From Owenia fusiformis (lineage: Eukaryota), in NCBI GenBank assembly GCA_903813345.2, contig CAIIXF020000001.1:12152001-12216000 (forward strand): a DNA stretch of 64,000 bases. Reading direction: 5' to 3'. A program made the translations under genes and the position numbers. The notes beneath the pieces are model-generated. The model was not told the origin of the DNA and did no database searches. It saw only the letters and a program-made list of their open reading frames with translations. Below are positions 40,391 to 52,800 of this stretch, piece by piece; position 1 is the first letter of the stretch, and every line of letters starts with the position of its first letter.

Positions 40391-43300
40391 AGGCCCCATG
40401 TAAAGTTTAAACCACTTTGGCTTATATTGTAGTCTTACCCGATGTTATCAAAGTGTGATATGTGAAACTTTTTTTTTTAATTTCAAAAAGTGGTTTTTGA
40501 TAGACTTTTTGTTCCAAAATTTGTGAATTTGAAAATTTGTTAAAACCAACTTTTAGAGGTCACTCATATCTTCTAATTAGCCACAATTCATACTAATGCA
40601 TAGCATTCATCCTCCCATGTTGATCGGTTGATAAACAAGCGAGAAATGAACTTATCAGTGCATGAAAATGGTTCTGAGAAAAATGCATTTCAAAATTTTA
40701 GTTCTCATAGAAACCAATGGTACAATGATATTTAAAACATAATTTATTCTTCCTTTTAACCTGATTTGACAATCAACATTGGTTTTTATGAAAGTCTAGC
40801 ATATTTAGAAAAGATTGACATCGAAAAAAAAAATTCAATTTTTTCAAAAAGTTTTTGTTACCTTAGTGACATCACTAATGTTTTAAAATATTTTTGATAA
40901 GCTAAAACATTGAAGTGGCCCATTAAATATGACATTTTATTATTGAAATAGTGTGTCTTTTGTTCAATCTTTGCATTGGTGTTAAAAAGATAATCTTTTT
41001 TGAAATGCATTAAGAAATATTTGATGATTAAGAAATTTCAACTTTTTTTGAAAAATGGCGGGAAAGGACAGGTGTCATTAAGGGCCCTTTTTAGCCCCCA
41101 AAGATATCTGATAATTATGCATATCATATTGAGGAAAAATCATTTGTGCTTTATAAAAATACAATTTCAGCGAATTTTGACCTTTGATGTTCATACAACA
41201 GTCATTTAAAGATCATATACCATTTTTGGTGTTTTTACAAAAAATTCTTTATTTATTGTTGTCTAAGTAAATAGTATATAAATATTAACCAATATAAATA
41301 TATTAAAATGTAATATATGAAATACTGAAGAAAAGATACGATTAAAATTATTTTCATGGAAAAGCACATAGGGCAATATTGACAAAATGCAAATGCTATT
41401 TTGGTAGGTTCTGGGCTAGCAATGGGTACATTTCAATTGTGACTGTAATGGATTACTATTGACTTTTATTAACATCACAGGGCAACATTTAAGCAACTTA
41501 AATACAAGGAAAATCAAAGATTTCCTCTCATTTCTAAAACGAGGAACAAAAGCATGAATTCAAGGAAAATAAATGATGGCCTGTGCCAAAATATATAACA
41601 TATGAGAAAGTTGTGGCACAGTAAAGGATATGTATAGGATATCATATGATTTTAAATGATTTTATCTTTATCTCCGAGTTGATATCAATATCTTGCCAAG
41701 TTAGCATAGCGAATTAGCGCAGATATTGATATCAATGAGTTGGATTAACACAATATCACGAAAATTCATAGGATGTTCTATTTTTCCCATAGTTCACCTC
41801 TAAAACTAAACAAAGCATATCAAAACAACATCCATTCATTCATTCATCCCCATGATGTCATGAAATCAATATGTAACAAAACACATCATATTGGTGGTAG
41901 TTTTCAAATCCCTGCCAAAGGGTGATATCTGTGAAATATTTTCCGTATTCCACAGATATCACTTTTTCCACGCATTTGCAAAATATCATAAATATCTTTT
42001 CATGTTACCTAACAGAGTATATGGGATAAAGAATAAAAATAGGTACATAATTGAATTACCACTCCAAAAATATTAAATATGAGGGTTTAAAGAAAGAATA
42101 TTGAATATGAGATTCAAAAAGACAAGTGGCCTCATGTGTCACATTACCCAAACCCCAGATCCTCGATGTCATACATGTATATACAGTACTTGTACACTGT
42201 ATATCAATGTTATTTACTGGGAGGATTAAATATGGAGTGTATAGCAATGGTCAATACGATATTTCCATATGGATATTTTTCCATAGAAGCGGAACCCAAA
42301 CTCAGTCATGACATAGAAGCTAACTTTTGCAATTAATAGAAACTTGTTTTTTTATTATATTTTTGTGTTCAATATTTGAGATGAAATAATGTGAGATTCA
42401 TTTCTACAAGAGGATGGAACGAATGTGAACTTGTATATTGAACTATACTCCTTTTCTGAATAAACAGAACAACATTTTATCCAAGCCAATTAAGAAAACC
42501 AAGGCCAATGAGTGTAATTTATGCCCAGTTAAACTACCACAATAACAACTTTTTGTCTGGACTCACTTATTATGTAAGAATGAATTGTATTACTGTTTAC
42601 TGCATTAAATGTCAAGTATACTATCTGTATTTAATTTCAAATGCCTATCTCACTTATCGAAGGTATACAAGAAATGTTATTTTGAAACAAATTCAGCACA
42701 ACCAAAACCATGTCCACATAATATGACAAATCCAAGATGGCTGCCACAATTTTACATCCATGCACATTTGAAGAAGTTAGAAATACACATGGTCCACAAG
42801 TTCCATCCCCAATAAAATGGGAAGTAAAAGGTTTTCACACATATCAACTCTATTCCTATATACTTTATATTTGTGGTAAGGCTTGTGATCTAGGTAAACT
42901 TAGCATGTCCATGTACCTCCTATCCTCTGAAGCTAAAAACAGAAATAGTGACTTCAATTGAGAAAAATGAATCTTATGGGCTCCATATACATTTTGAGTG
43001 GCTGTCCGGCTAAAGTTAGATACTACTGATAATCTGAGATTGAAAATTATGTCAAGTTTAGTCCTCAGCCTCTCATAGCGGATAACTTTGAGGTAATTGT
43101 GTTGTTACTGCAAAAACCTATATTTCTTCATCACAAATCTACCATCTTTTGCATCTGTCAAAACCCTTCATTTCATGTTAATTTTCAGACTTTTGCTTGT
43201 ACCATCATTAAATATATATATTCAACTTGTTATTCAGAATATTTTAAGAACTTTTCATGAATTTTTTTATTTTCACACATTTGAAAAAATGATTAAGTCA

Positions 43301-43469
43301 GAGAATGGCCTCTTAATGGCATGTCCCCTTTGAATATTTGAGAAATGAAATGCTCACAACTTTTTTTTCAAAATTTTTTTTTGTTCAAAAATCTCTAAAA
43401 TCACTTTTTAAGTCCTGACAAATAGTAAATGAATGATAAAAAAATATTTTCAAACTTTAGACGGGGACT
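40391..43469. mobile_element. Kolobok-like MITE, copy 2, interrupted by a Spy-type element
   Basis: TTAA at 40387-40390 and 43470-43473. Segments 40391-41065 and 43329-43469 match 15034-15866. Confidence 0.88.
41066..43328. mobile_element. Spy-type non-autonomous DNA transposon (2263 bp) inserted at AAA^TTT without a TSD
   Basis: Empty site GGCGGGAAATTTGAATATT at ~15716-15734. Here it reads GGCGGGAAA|GG...CC|TTTGAATATT. Imperfect TIR GGACAGGTGTCATTAAG / CTTAATGGCATGTCCCC. Confidence 0.82.
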
Positions 43470-43840
43470 TTAATTGTTGAAGAGACCAACTGGAAAATAT
43501 CTCGTTGCAAAAGAGAATAGAAAATAAAGTCATAGAAAAGTAAAATATTTGTTTTTATTTCAAGTTAACAGGCATTAGGATATTAGAAAAAAGAAACATT
43601 TAATAGCAATGGATTGTAATGACATTTTCACACAATCACAATTGTATTTCACACAATCTGTATAAGAGAGCAAACCTTTTGAATTTGCTAATGATACTTT
43701 TTCTGAAAACTTTGGAGAGAAGGGTACAATGTTTACCGTATTTTGGGAATCTAACACACAAAACATATAGGAGGGGGAGGTAAAGTAAGTAACTTTTTTC
43801 ACTGTACAACTTTTGAAAAGGTTGCTGACTTTAATTCCAA

Positions 43841-44310
43841 TAGAGGTGTGCACTGTTGGTAAATCACTTAATCGATCAACAAAATATTTTAATCGATTAA
43901 TCATCGATTAATCATTCTAATATAAATGATGGAGATCTGACATAATTTCCAGGTACAATTTTCTAATTCTTTAGTAGTACATGTAGGCGATTATTCATTC
44001 GTTTGATTTGATTGCATACCTCTATTGAATATATATTGTGTATCAATAAGATGTATCAGAAAACACAAAAACAACAAAGGTAAGCGTCAGGCTTACGGTA
44101 ATTAGTATGTTTGGCAGTTTGAGTTTTAAGCTTGGGCATGTCAATCTGACAAATTAGGTCTCAATCAGTCAGTGAAATCAAGTAAGCTTACTCACGGCAG
44201 GATATTGAAGATCATCTTTTTGATAATCAGTTAATTGAGTATTAAGATCTTAATCGATTAAACTTGTGTCGATCAATTAATCGATGATCGATTAAAAATT
44301 CACACCTCTA
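43841..44310. mobile_element. hAT-type MITE with an 8-bp TSD
   Basis: TAGAGGTGTG / CACACCTCTA, with AATTCCAA at 43833-43840 and 44311-44318. Subterminal AATCGAT repeats. Confidence 0.9.
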
Positions 44311-44688
44311 AATTCCAACTAGATGTTCACCCCATGCTTATTACAAGTATTACATGCTTATTATAGTCTTTACATTCTATTGCTATATCGTGCTTTCCTT
44401 TTAGTCATATGAAAAAATTTACTTTTGTCCAAATGTTAAATATATAATTTACATGTTGTAATATCGTTGTACTGATAAATGTAGGATGAATTAGTATTGT
44501 GTTATGTATATAGAAATATAATACCATATTTATGTATGCTTATACAGTGCAATTGCCTGATAAACAGCTGAGGTTTAAAGTTCATATAATGTTCAATGCC
44601 AGGTTAATGTTGTACTAGTTCTATAAGCAGGGTACAGTTAAGCATGGTATATAGTTAAGCTATTCAGTGCAAATATACATAGATCAAT

Positions 44689-47600
44689 ATGGCTTTGCTT
44701 CAAGTAGCCACAGATTTGATATTAGGGAACATAACTGCAACACTGATATTTCTTATTGTGTTTTGTGTTCTATGGAAGTATTTACAACCTAGTAGTTATG
44801 TCTTGCCTCCAGGACCAAGGCCATGGCCAGTGGTGGGGCACTTGCATATGTTTTCACCATTTGGAGAGGTAGGCCCTCATGAGCGAATATGGGATTTAGC
44901 AAAGCAATATAAATCCAAAACTATTGGACTTTATCTTGGACCATATTATGCAATGATGTTGCATGACTATGATGATGTTAAGAAAATGTTTGCCATGGAT
45001 GAATTCTCTGGCCGTGGTAATGTACCTTTTTGGAAGATATTTCTTGGAGGGCTAGTTGGAAGTGATGGTCCAAGATGGAAGGAACAACGCAGGTTTTCAT
45101 TGAGTACACTTAGAGATTTTGGTCTTGGGAAAAACAAATTAGAAAAAATCATTCATGCTGAAGCAGAACATTTGTTTGAAGTTTTTGACAGTTACAAGGG
45201 TAAACCAAAAGACATATCTATTGTGATTAACAATGTTGTCTCAAATATCATTTGTTCGTTGATATTTGGACACCGTTTTGATTATGATGACCCCACATTT
45301 GTGCATATGTTAGAGTTAATGGAAGAGAATTTCAATAAGAATTTATTTCCAGTTTCAATTGGATCCATGACTCCTGGGTTAAAATACCTTGATAAAATAC
45401 TACCAGGAGACATTTTTAAGTTCAGACGCACTGTTGAGGTGATGAATGAAATGAGAACAACAGTTATCAAAACTGAATATGAAAGCCATAAGGCAAAATA
45501 TGATCCCAACATCATCGAGGACTATATTGATGCATTTTACAAAGAAGTGAAGGCAAGAGAAGGCAAGGAGCAAACAGAAGAGCATTGGTTTACAGGTGAG
45601 ATTACAACATGTTCTTGCTATATAAGATCTGTTTTTCAGGTGTAAATAGACTTGAATACAATAAAATAATTTCACACCCTATAATGAATACATGATCCTG
45701 AACATATATGACATTTTTGATCGATAAGATTTCAACTCATTACGAGTATCACCAAAAAATAAAGTTTATACTCTCTTACACAAGAGAACAAAATTAATAT
45801 GATATCCAGAAACCCATCCCAAGTGTCATATTATACATAACCTCTGACATATTAAATGAGCTAAAAATAGAAGGCTATAAAAACTTGATACCATTAAAAT
45901 ATTATATTATATTATACCATTAAATTGTTCCTTAATATGAATTATTGTGACATTTCCTTTTTCAGAGAAGCAACTGAATATGAACATTGAAGATCTTTTT
46001 CAAGTTGGTACAGAAACAACAACGACATCATTGAAGTAAGACATTTACCACTCTGAAAAAGCACTCTCTCTAAATAAATTCATAAAAAAATGAAATCATA
46101 GCATCCTCCAACATACATTGTCATGGACTTTTAACATTTCAAAGCTTGCATAAATTGCTTTACTAATAGGCAAGGACCTTTTCAATGATATTTACAGAAA
46201 ATAAAGTCTATCAATGTACTGATGATGCAATTTTAACAGATCCTTTTTGGGTGTAATTTTGGGTGCATGTATTTCAGATTTAGAATTACTATAGTTTATG
46301 GAGTGCACTATAATTATTATCCTCTTATATTTACTTTAATCAATATTACTAAATAAGTTTAGATAACTGGCAATTTAAAAGGCTCAATGTTCAAATTGTG
46401 TGTACCTTGTAGACTGTAATACTTTAAAAGATTGTTTTTGACATTTACAATCTCTATTTCGTCCTATTGCTTATCATTGACATTGAGTGCAATAATCCTT
46501 GGCCTATCTCAAATGCTACATTAGATAGAGAGAGCATGTAGTCATTAATGTTTGAAAAATTAACCTTTAAAATAATGTTATTCTTTTCAGATGGATCATT
46601 CTATACATGATGCACTTTCCCGAAATCCAAGAAAAAGTTCGAGCTGAGATACATAATGTTATAGGTCATGACAGACTGCCTTCTATGCGGGATAAGACAG
46701 ATCTACCCTTTACAGAGGCAGTGTTTACAGAGGTGCAACGGAAGCAAGTAATTCTACCTCTGAGTATAGGGAATTGCACTTTTGACAAACCAACTGAATT
46801 TGAGGTAATAGATGTGTATAATCTATGTATGTTAATCCAAAGTGCAGTATATTGGGATGTAAATAAATGTTGTATGTACTTCCAGTTGTAAGTCACAATT
46901 TAATGATGTTAATGTATTTCAGTTGGACTATTGCCATCATCATATATATACCTTTGATTTATTGTGAAATAGTGATGAGTGTATCTAATCTAACTGCACT
47001 TGATATCATGTCATAGCCACCTAACTAAATAAACGTTGATAAAAAATATATCCATACATTAGAAAATAGTGCTTAATGACCTACCTTATGACCTACCATC
47101 TATATGAGAGGTGCCATCTATCATTGAGAAGCGCTGATAAACTTTGAAACAAGTTATGTTACCATAATGTTGAGTACATAATATTGCTATTTGCAATGAA
47201 ATGAGTCAGTTTAAAAAGTAAACCCCATGTTGTCTTTCCAGGGTTATGTACTTCCTCCCTATACACGTATTTATGCAAATATTCATGCTATCCATCATGA
47301 TCCTGAATATTGGAAAGAACCAGACAAATTCATTCCTGAGCGATTCCTGGATAAAGATGGAAAATACTGTGCAGATGAAAGAATGTTGACATTTTCAACA
47401 GGTAATATCCAAGTTGTCAATGTTGTTGAATTATGGCATATGGTTGTACTCATGGTCAAAGATGTAAAGATAATGTCTGAATAAAGGGCCAAATCTGTAA
47501 AATAAAATATTATAAAGGATCTATTAGCATTATATAGTCAAGCAATAGAATAATATACATTGTATATTATATATTGTACAAATACAATAAAATGAAACCA

Positions 47601-47838
47601 GAACAACCCTTCACATAAATATCTTCTGATTAATTGATGAATACATTTGATTTCAGGGAAGCGTGCTTGCCTTGGAGAGGGACTTGCAAGAATGGAGCTT
47701 TTCATATTTGCAACTGCAATCCTACAGAAGTACAGATTAGTCAAGTCAGAAAAGGCACCATTACCACCCCTTAGATTTTTGAAAGGAAGTTCAACATTCA
47801 TACCACAACCATATGAAGTATGCCTCATAAGAGTCTAA
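44689..47838 (+). CDS. Cytochrome P450, clan 2 (CYP2-like), 510 aa; exons 44689-45595, 45966-46035, 46591-46804, 47242-47401, 47657-47838
   Basis: 1533 nt in frame, with the same intron positions and phases as the 33825 gene. [43 protein letters not shown]. Confidence 0.95.
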
Positions 47839-49848
47839 TCCAGTCATCAAAGACAGTATGTTGATACAACAATGATCGAAAAAGTATGCTGAAGACATTA
47901 AGCAATTGTGAAACACAATACAGTATTCATTTGTAAATAACTTGTGTACGTGTACATAACAAACAATAGACCTTTCCAATAACACTGTCATTTTACTGCA
48001 CCCAAGAAGCTAGGATATATTGGCCATTTTCGTGTCATAGGCTGTAGGTAGCAATGTTTACAAACAAAATTTTTAGAAGTTTTTGAAGTAATTCCTATTT
48101 TTGATTGTAAACATTGCTACATATGACCTTTCACACCATGAGTCAAGCAAATATATTTTTGCTTTGTTTTGTTGATTCTGTAATGTGTATTGTATATTAG
48201 TGATAATATTAATTTGCTATCTAAACATGATAAGTATAAAATCATGAACAAATTAATGGATATTTTTACATATTTTGTATCAGTGTAAGAAAAGATATTA
48301 CATTCGTTAATATAGTTTCGAACAATAGTTTGAACTATTCCATTTATGTTATGCACAGATTATGAAATATAGAATTATTATTTTAGATTTCAATTTTATT
48401 TATTCAGTATATTATATTAGGAAGCAACTTCTGGTACATACTGCATACTACTCAAAAAGCATAGTTACTTGATGCTTAATGGTTTTATAAATGTTAATTG
48501 ATTTTCTATGTCGAGACAGGTAGATCACCTAGAGCTAGTGTGAAGGCTTGGGGAAATAATGATTTATTTACTAAACCCATTTATAAATAACTATTTTTGC
48601 CATAGAGTGGTTTGCTTTCATACACATATTTGAAATATGCTCTAATGAGAGATTATGAGACCCCCAGATGGAAAGTAATACAAACACATACTTCATGTAT
48701 TTGAAGCACTTTGATTGTATCTATAGTCGATCCTTTGAAATCAGAATAACATTGTAAGCATTTTGACACATGTACATGTAAATACTGAGGTTTACTTTTT
48801 CCAAATATCAATTAGCCTAGCCTTAGTTTTTTTTCAAACATTATACCTTTTTTTATCATGGGTTGAATTTTTGTATCACCTTGACTTTCAATGTCTTCCA
48901 TGTACACATAGTTGATCTTTCAATAGATTTTTATGGGTTAGTTCAGAATGACATCAATATTCTTATCTTCTGTGTTGAAGAGCCCTCATTTCAGGTACAG
49001 ATCTGATCAATAATCATAAAATGTATTTATGTGACATCAATGACTCCATTCCTGGAAGCCAAGACCCCATGACTTGATATGAAACAAGAAGCAAGTTCTT
49101 GAATAAATAACGTGGATTTTACTTTTAAACTTATATATATTTGACTTGTATCATGTTATTGTGAGGGTTGTTACTTGATATTAATATAAAACGTTATTGT
49201 CCAGACAACACGCAAGAACATGGTTTTAAGCTTGGGAGAACTTGGTATTAATCGATGGGCCAACGAATTTTTTTTATGTAAATGACCATGTTTTAGTCAA
49301 TCGCATATTAGTCTATACCTACCACATGCTCAATCAACACAACCAGTGTATATTGTATAGGACAGTTTAGCTAATTCTGTGTGTGACTGATACCTCTGGT
49401 GTGTTTGAGTGTTAATAACTATTCTCTCTGGTCAGATTAGCTGATGAAACAACCTTTTTAGGGTTTTCCTAGTTGGCCTAGCGGTATAGAGTGCTGAACA
49501 AGCCAAGCTAGGGGCTGTGTCGTAACTATGAGGTGGTGAGTTCAAGAAGTGTGAGCTCCTTGTGTTTATTTGTTATCTCAGTAGCACCACTGACATTATA
49601 GCTGGGGTCTGAAACATTAATATGGCTGGGTGCATCCTGCGAATTAATTCTTTTCTTCTTTCTAAGTGCAACTAAAATGAAATGCAACTGAAGTGCAACT
49701 GAAATAGAAGAATAAAGTACATACAAATCCTTCAAAACATGAATGTCCACATGCACATTGTTTAACATAGAGTGGTTTCTCTTATGTATATTGCTGGTTT
49801 CTTTCATTTCTTTCTCCGTGTTTCACATAAATCTTCATTATATTGTAG

Positions 49849-52800
49849 AGGGTGTCTACCTGTGCAATGTCTACATCACCAGATGATGAGGTCATACTGG
49901 AGAGACATGGCAACAAGGGAGTCATTACACTGAATAGACCAAAAGCCCTCAACGCATTAAATCTGAGCATGATCAGAAAAATGTACCCAGTGCTAAAGGT
50001 CAGTGAGCTAAGCAGTGAAGGAATTCTGAAATAGATAACTGACATTATAAAGGCCTGAAGTTCATTTGACTTATAATTTCTTGACTTATAAATTGGCTAC
50101 AAAACATTTGTATATAGTGCATTGTTGATACTGTCAAGTTGTGAGAATTCATCATTCAAAAAGCCAAGATTAAAAATATCATGAAGTTTTTATTTACAAG
50201 GTGCTCTTTTAGTCTTATGATGTATTTTAAAACTTTTTATAGTAAAAATAAAATACTATACTTATAATGTATACAGAATAAGTATAGTACTGTATATATG
50301 TAGTATATACAGTATAATCAATTTTCTATTACTAAAAACCCAATACCATTAATTTTGAACTGAAACCTGCTTTGCTACCTACATGTAAACAGGCTTGGGA
50401 AGACGAGGCCTCATTCAGAATGATCATCATAAAAGCAAATGGAGGAAAGGCTTTCTGTGCTGGTGGAGATATTGTTGGTGAGTAAAGGTGTAGGGATGTG
50501 TCCAGTTACAACTGTGTAACCTGACTTGATCTATACATGTATGCTTGCATTCTGATATAGGGTTCACAATTCACTTATAAAAAAAGTAGTCCCTCTAGGT
50601 CCACATCTAGCCCACCTGAAGAAGTATTACCTTAGAAAGTAGACCTATGTAAACCAAAAATTTATTTGAAAATGACAATGACAAAAAAAGGTTAATTTAG
50701 TTTTATAAAAGTAGAGCTATAAACACCCCAATATTTGATCTCGGAATCCTACTTTGACTTCAGCAAACATTAGGTTTGGGCAAAATAGGATCAATTCTTA
50801 TTCCCAGCATAAGAACAGATCTACTCATGCCAGGCATAAGAATTGAACCTATTTTGCCCAAACTTCATGTTTGCTGAAGTCCGAGTCAAAAGATTTTGAT
50901 TCCGAGATCAAATGTCGGGGTTTTATAGTTCTGTTTTGTGGATTTGTTCTCTGGAAATTTTGATTTTCATAGTTTTTCTATTATTATTTATTCACCTCAA
51001 CAGAAACTTTTTTTATAGGTTCTCATTTTACTGGGCTAACTATTTGTTTTGTGTTATTAAGAGAATATTATCACTTTTTCAGCTGTAACAGAAGCTGGTA
51101 AAGTTGATGGGCAATTAGCAAAAGATTTCTTCAAAGAGGAGTACATTCTAAATAATTTTATAGGTAATAAAGTGTTATATATTGTTTGTTTAAATGAACC
51201 AGTATTTATTTATTTTGTTTACTAAACAGATTTTTTTATATATCTATCAAACTGAAAATAGAAAGAAATTAAAATTTCTTCACTGGATTTATTTCGAGTT
51301 AAGATTGAACTTTCTGCAATTTTGGAAAACCTGGGAAATACCATGATCAGATCCCTTTAAAGTGACCAACTTAATCAATTACATTTTTTCATTTTTTTCT
51401 TTAATTTGTAAGCAGATATGGCTTTGGTTTGTATTTCAGGTACAACAGATATCCCCTATATAGCTCTGATTGATGGAATCACTATGGGAGGGGTGAGTTG
51501 AAACTTGATATAATTATTTACCAGTTACTCAAGGTCTAAGAAAACACATACATGAACTTTTATATATATGTGTATACATGTACAGTAAAACCTGCGAACA
51601 GGGAATGCTCTTGGGACTGGGGGAAAATTTCCTTGTTCAGAGGTTTTCCCTATAGAGAGGGGCTGCACTTTCAGCAAACTCAAAATTGCCGAATAAGCAT
51701 ATTTGTATATATATTGATTGATTATACAAATGCCAACTCCATACTTGGTTACGTTCTCCCCATGTTGATTTTAGCTGTTTCTAGTGTCTGATGATGTCTA
51801 GTTGATGTATCATTGATATGATGTGTAGAGATATATTGTTAAGAACTGAATTTCAAGTTTCATCAACCCTATTTTATATCATTGATAATCTAGAAGTTGG
51901 ATCAGTAAAAGATTTAAAGAGATTTGGCTCAACATGACCATGTACTTACTATCTGTTATCTCCATAAAACAATTGTGTCAGTCCCTAGATTATCACACCT
52001 GATTTGATGTAATTACGTTTTTGAAAGGAAGAATTGGTGTCATGATAATAAGTAACAAACAGCTTAGAAGTAGTTTTAAAATAAATCAGGGTAATTAACA
52101 GTGGGTGGGATGCTACATCATGTCAACAATTGGCTTATCTTAATCTCATTCATATTAATCCAAGCTTTTTAGAATCAGATATTGGCTTAAGACTTTCACA
52201 CCTCTGAAAAATAATGGAATATACAGTTTCACCAATATTCAATTTTCCTTGTTCACAGGTGAATTTTCACAATTTGCCCCAAAATAGTGTTCCTTATTCC
52301 CTATTCACAGGTTTTCCCTACAGAGAGGGTCCGCTAACATGTAAGTCAATGGAAAAATATTCGGTTCTTTTGAAAAGCATTCCTTGTTCATAGGTTTTCC
52401 CTACAGAGAGGTATTCCATCGGACAGGTTTTACTGTATTTATATAACTTGTTATATACATAATTATGTCAATTCTTTAAGTTTTGAATTTTCTACTTAGG
52501 GAGTTGGGTTGTCTGTACATGGTAAATACAGGGTGGCTACTGAGAAAACAATCTTTGCAATGCCAGAAACAGGAATAGGTAAGTTACCAATTTATGCAAA
52601 ATGTCTTGGTCAGATGTTTAATATTAGAGTTTAATTAATCATTTCTGGTCTTGTAAATCAATAAGACAACATTCTTAATCTTTAATTTGATTGAATGATT
52701 CAAAATTAACATTTTAAAAATGTTAATTTCACTATAGGTTTATTTCCTGATGTTGGAGGTGGTCATTTTCTACCCCGGTTAGGAGGGTACCTAGGTCGTT

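Noticed and set aside
44967-47828. Antisense ORFs overlapping CYP exons (likewise those over HIBCH and 58159-58604)
   Set aside because: They are shadows of the real coding strand.
49470-49548. tRNA gene, or the missing first HIBCH exon
   Set aside because: It has A-box-like TGGCCTAGCGG and B-box-like GAGTTCAA, but I could not fold a cloverleaf. At most it is a decayed tRNA-derived SINE. The frame leading into the GTGAGT donor contains a stop codon.
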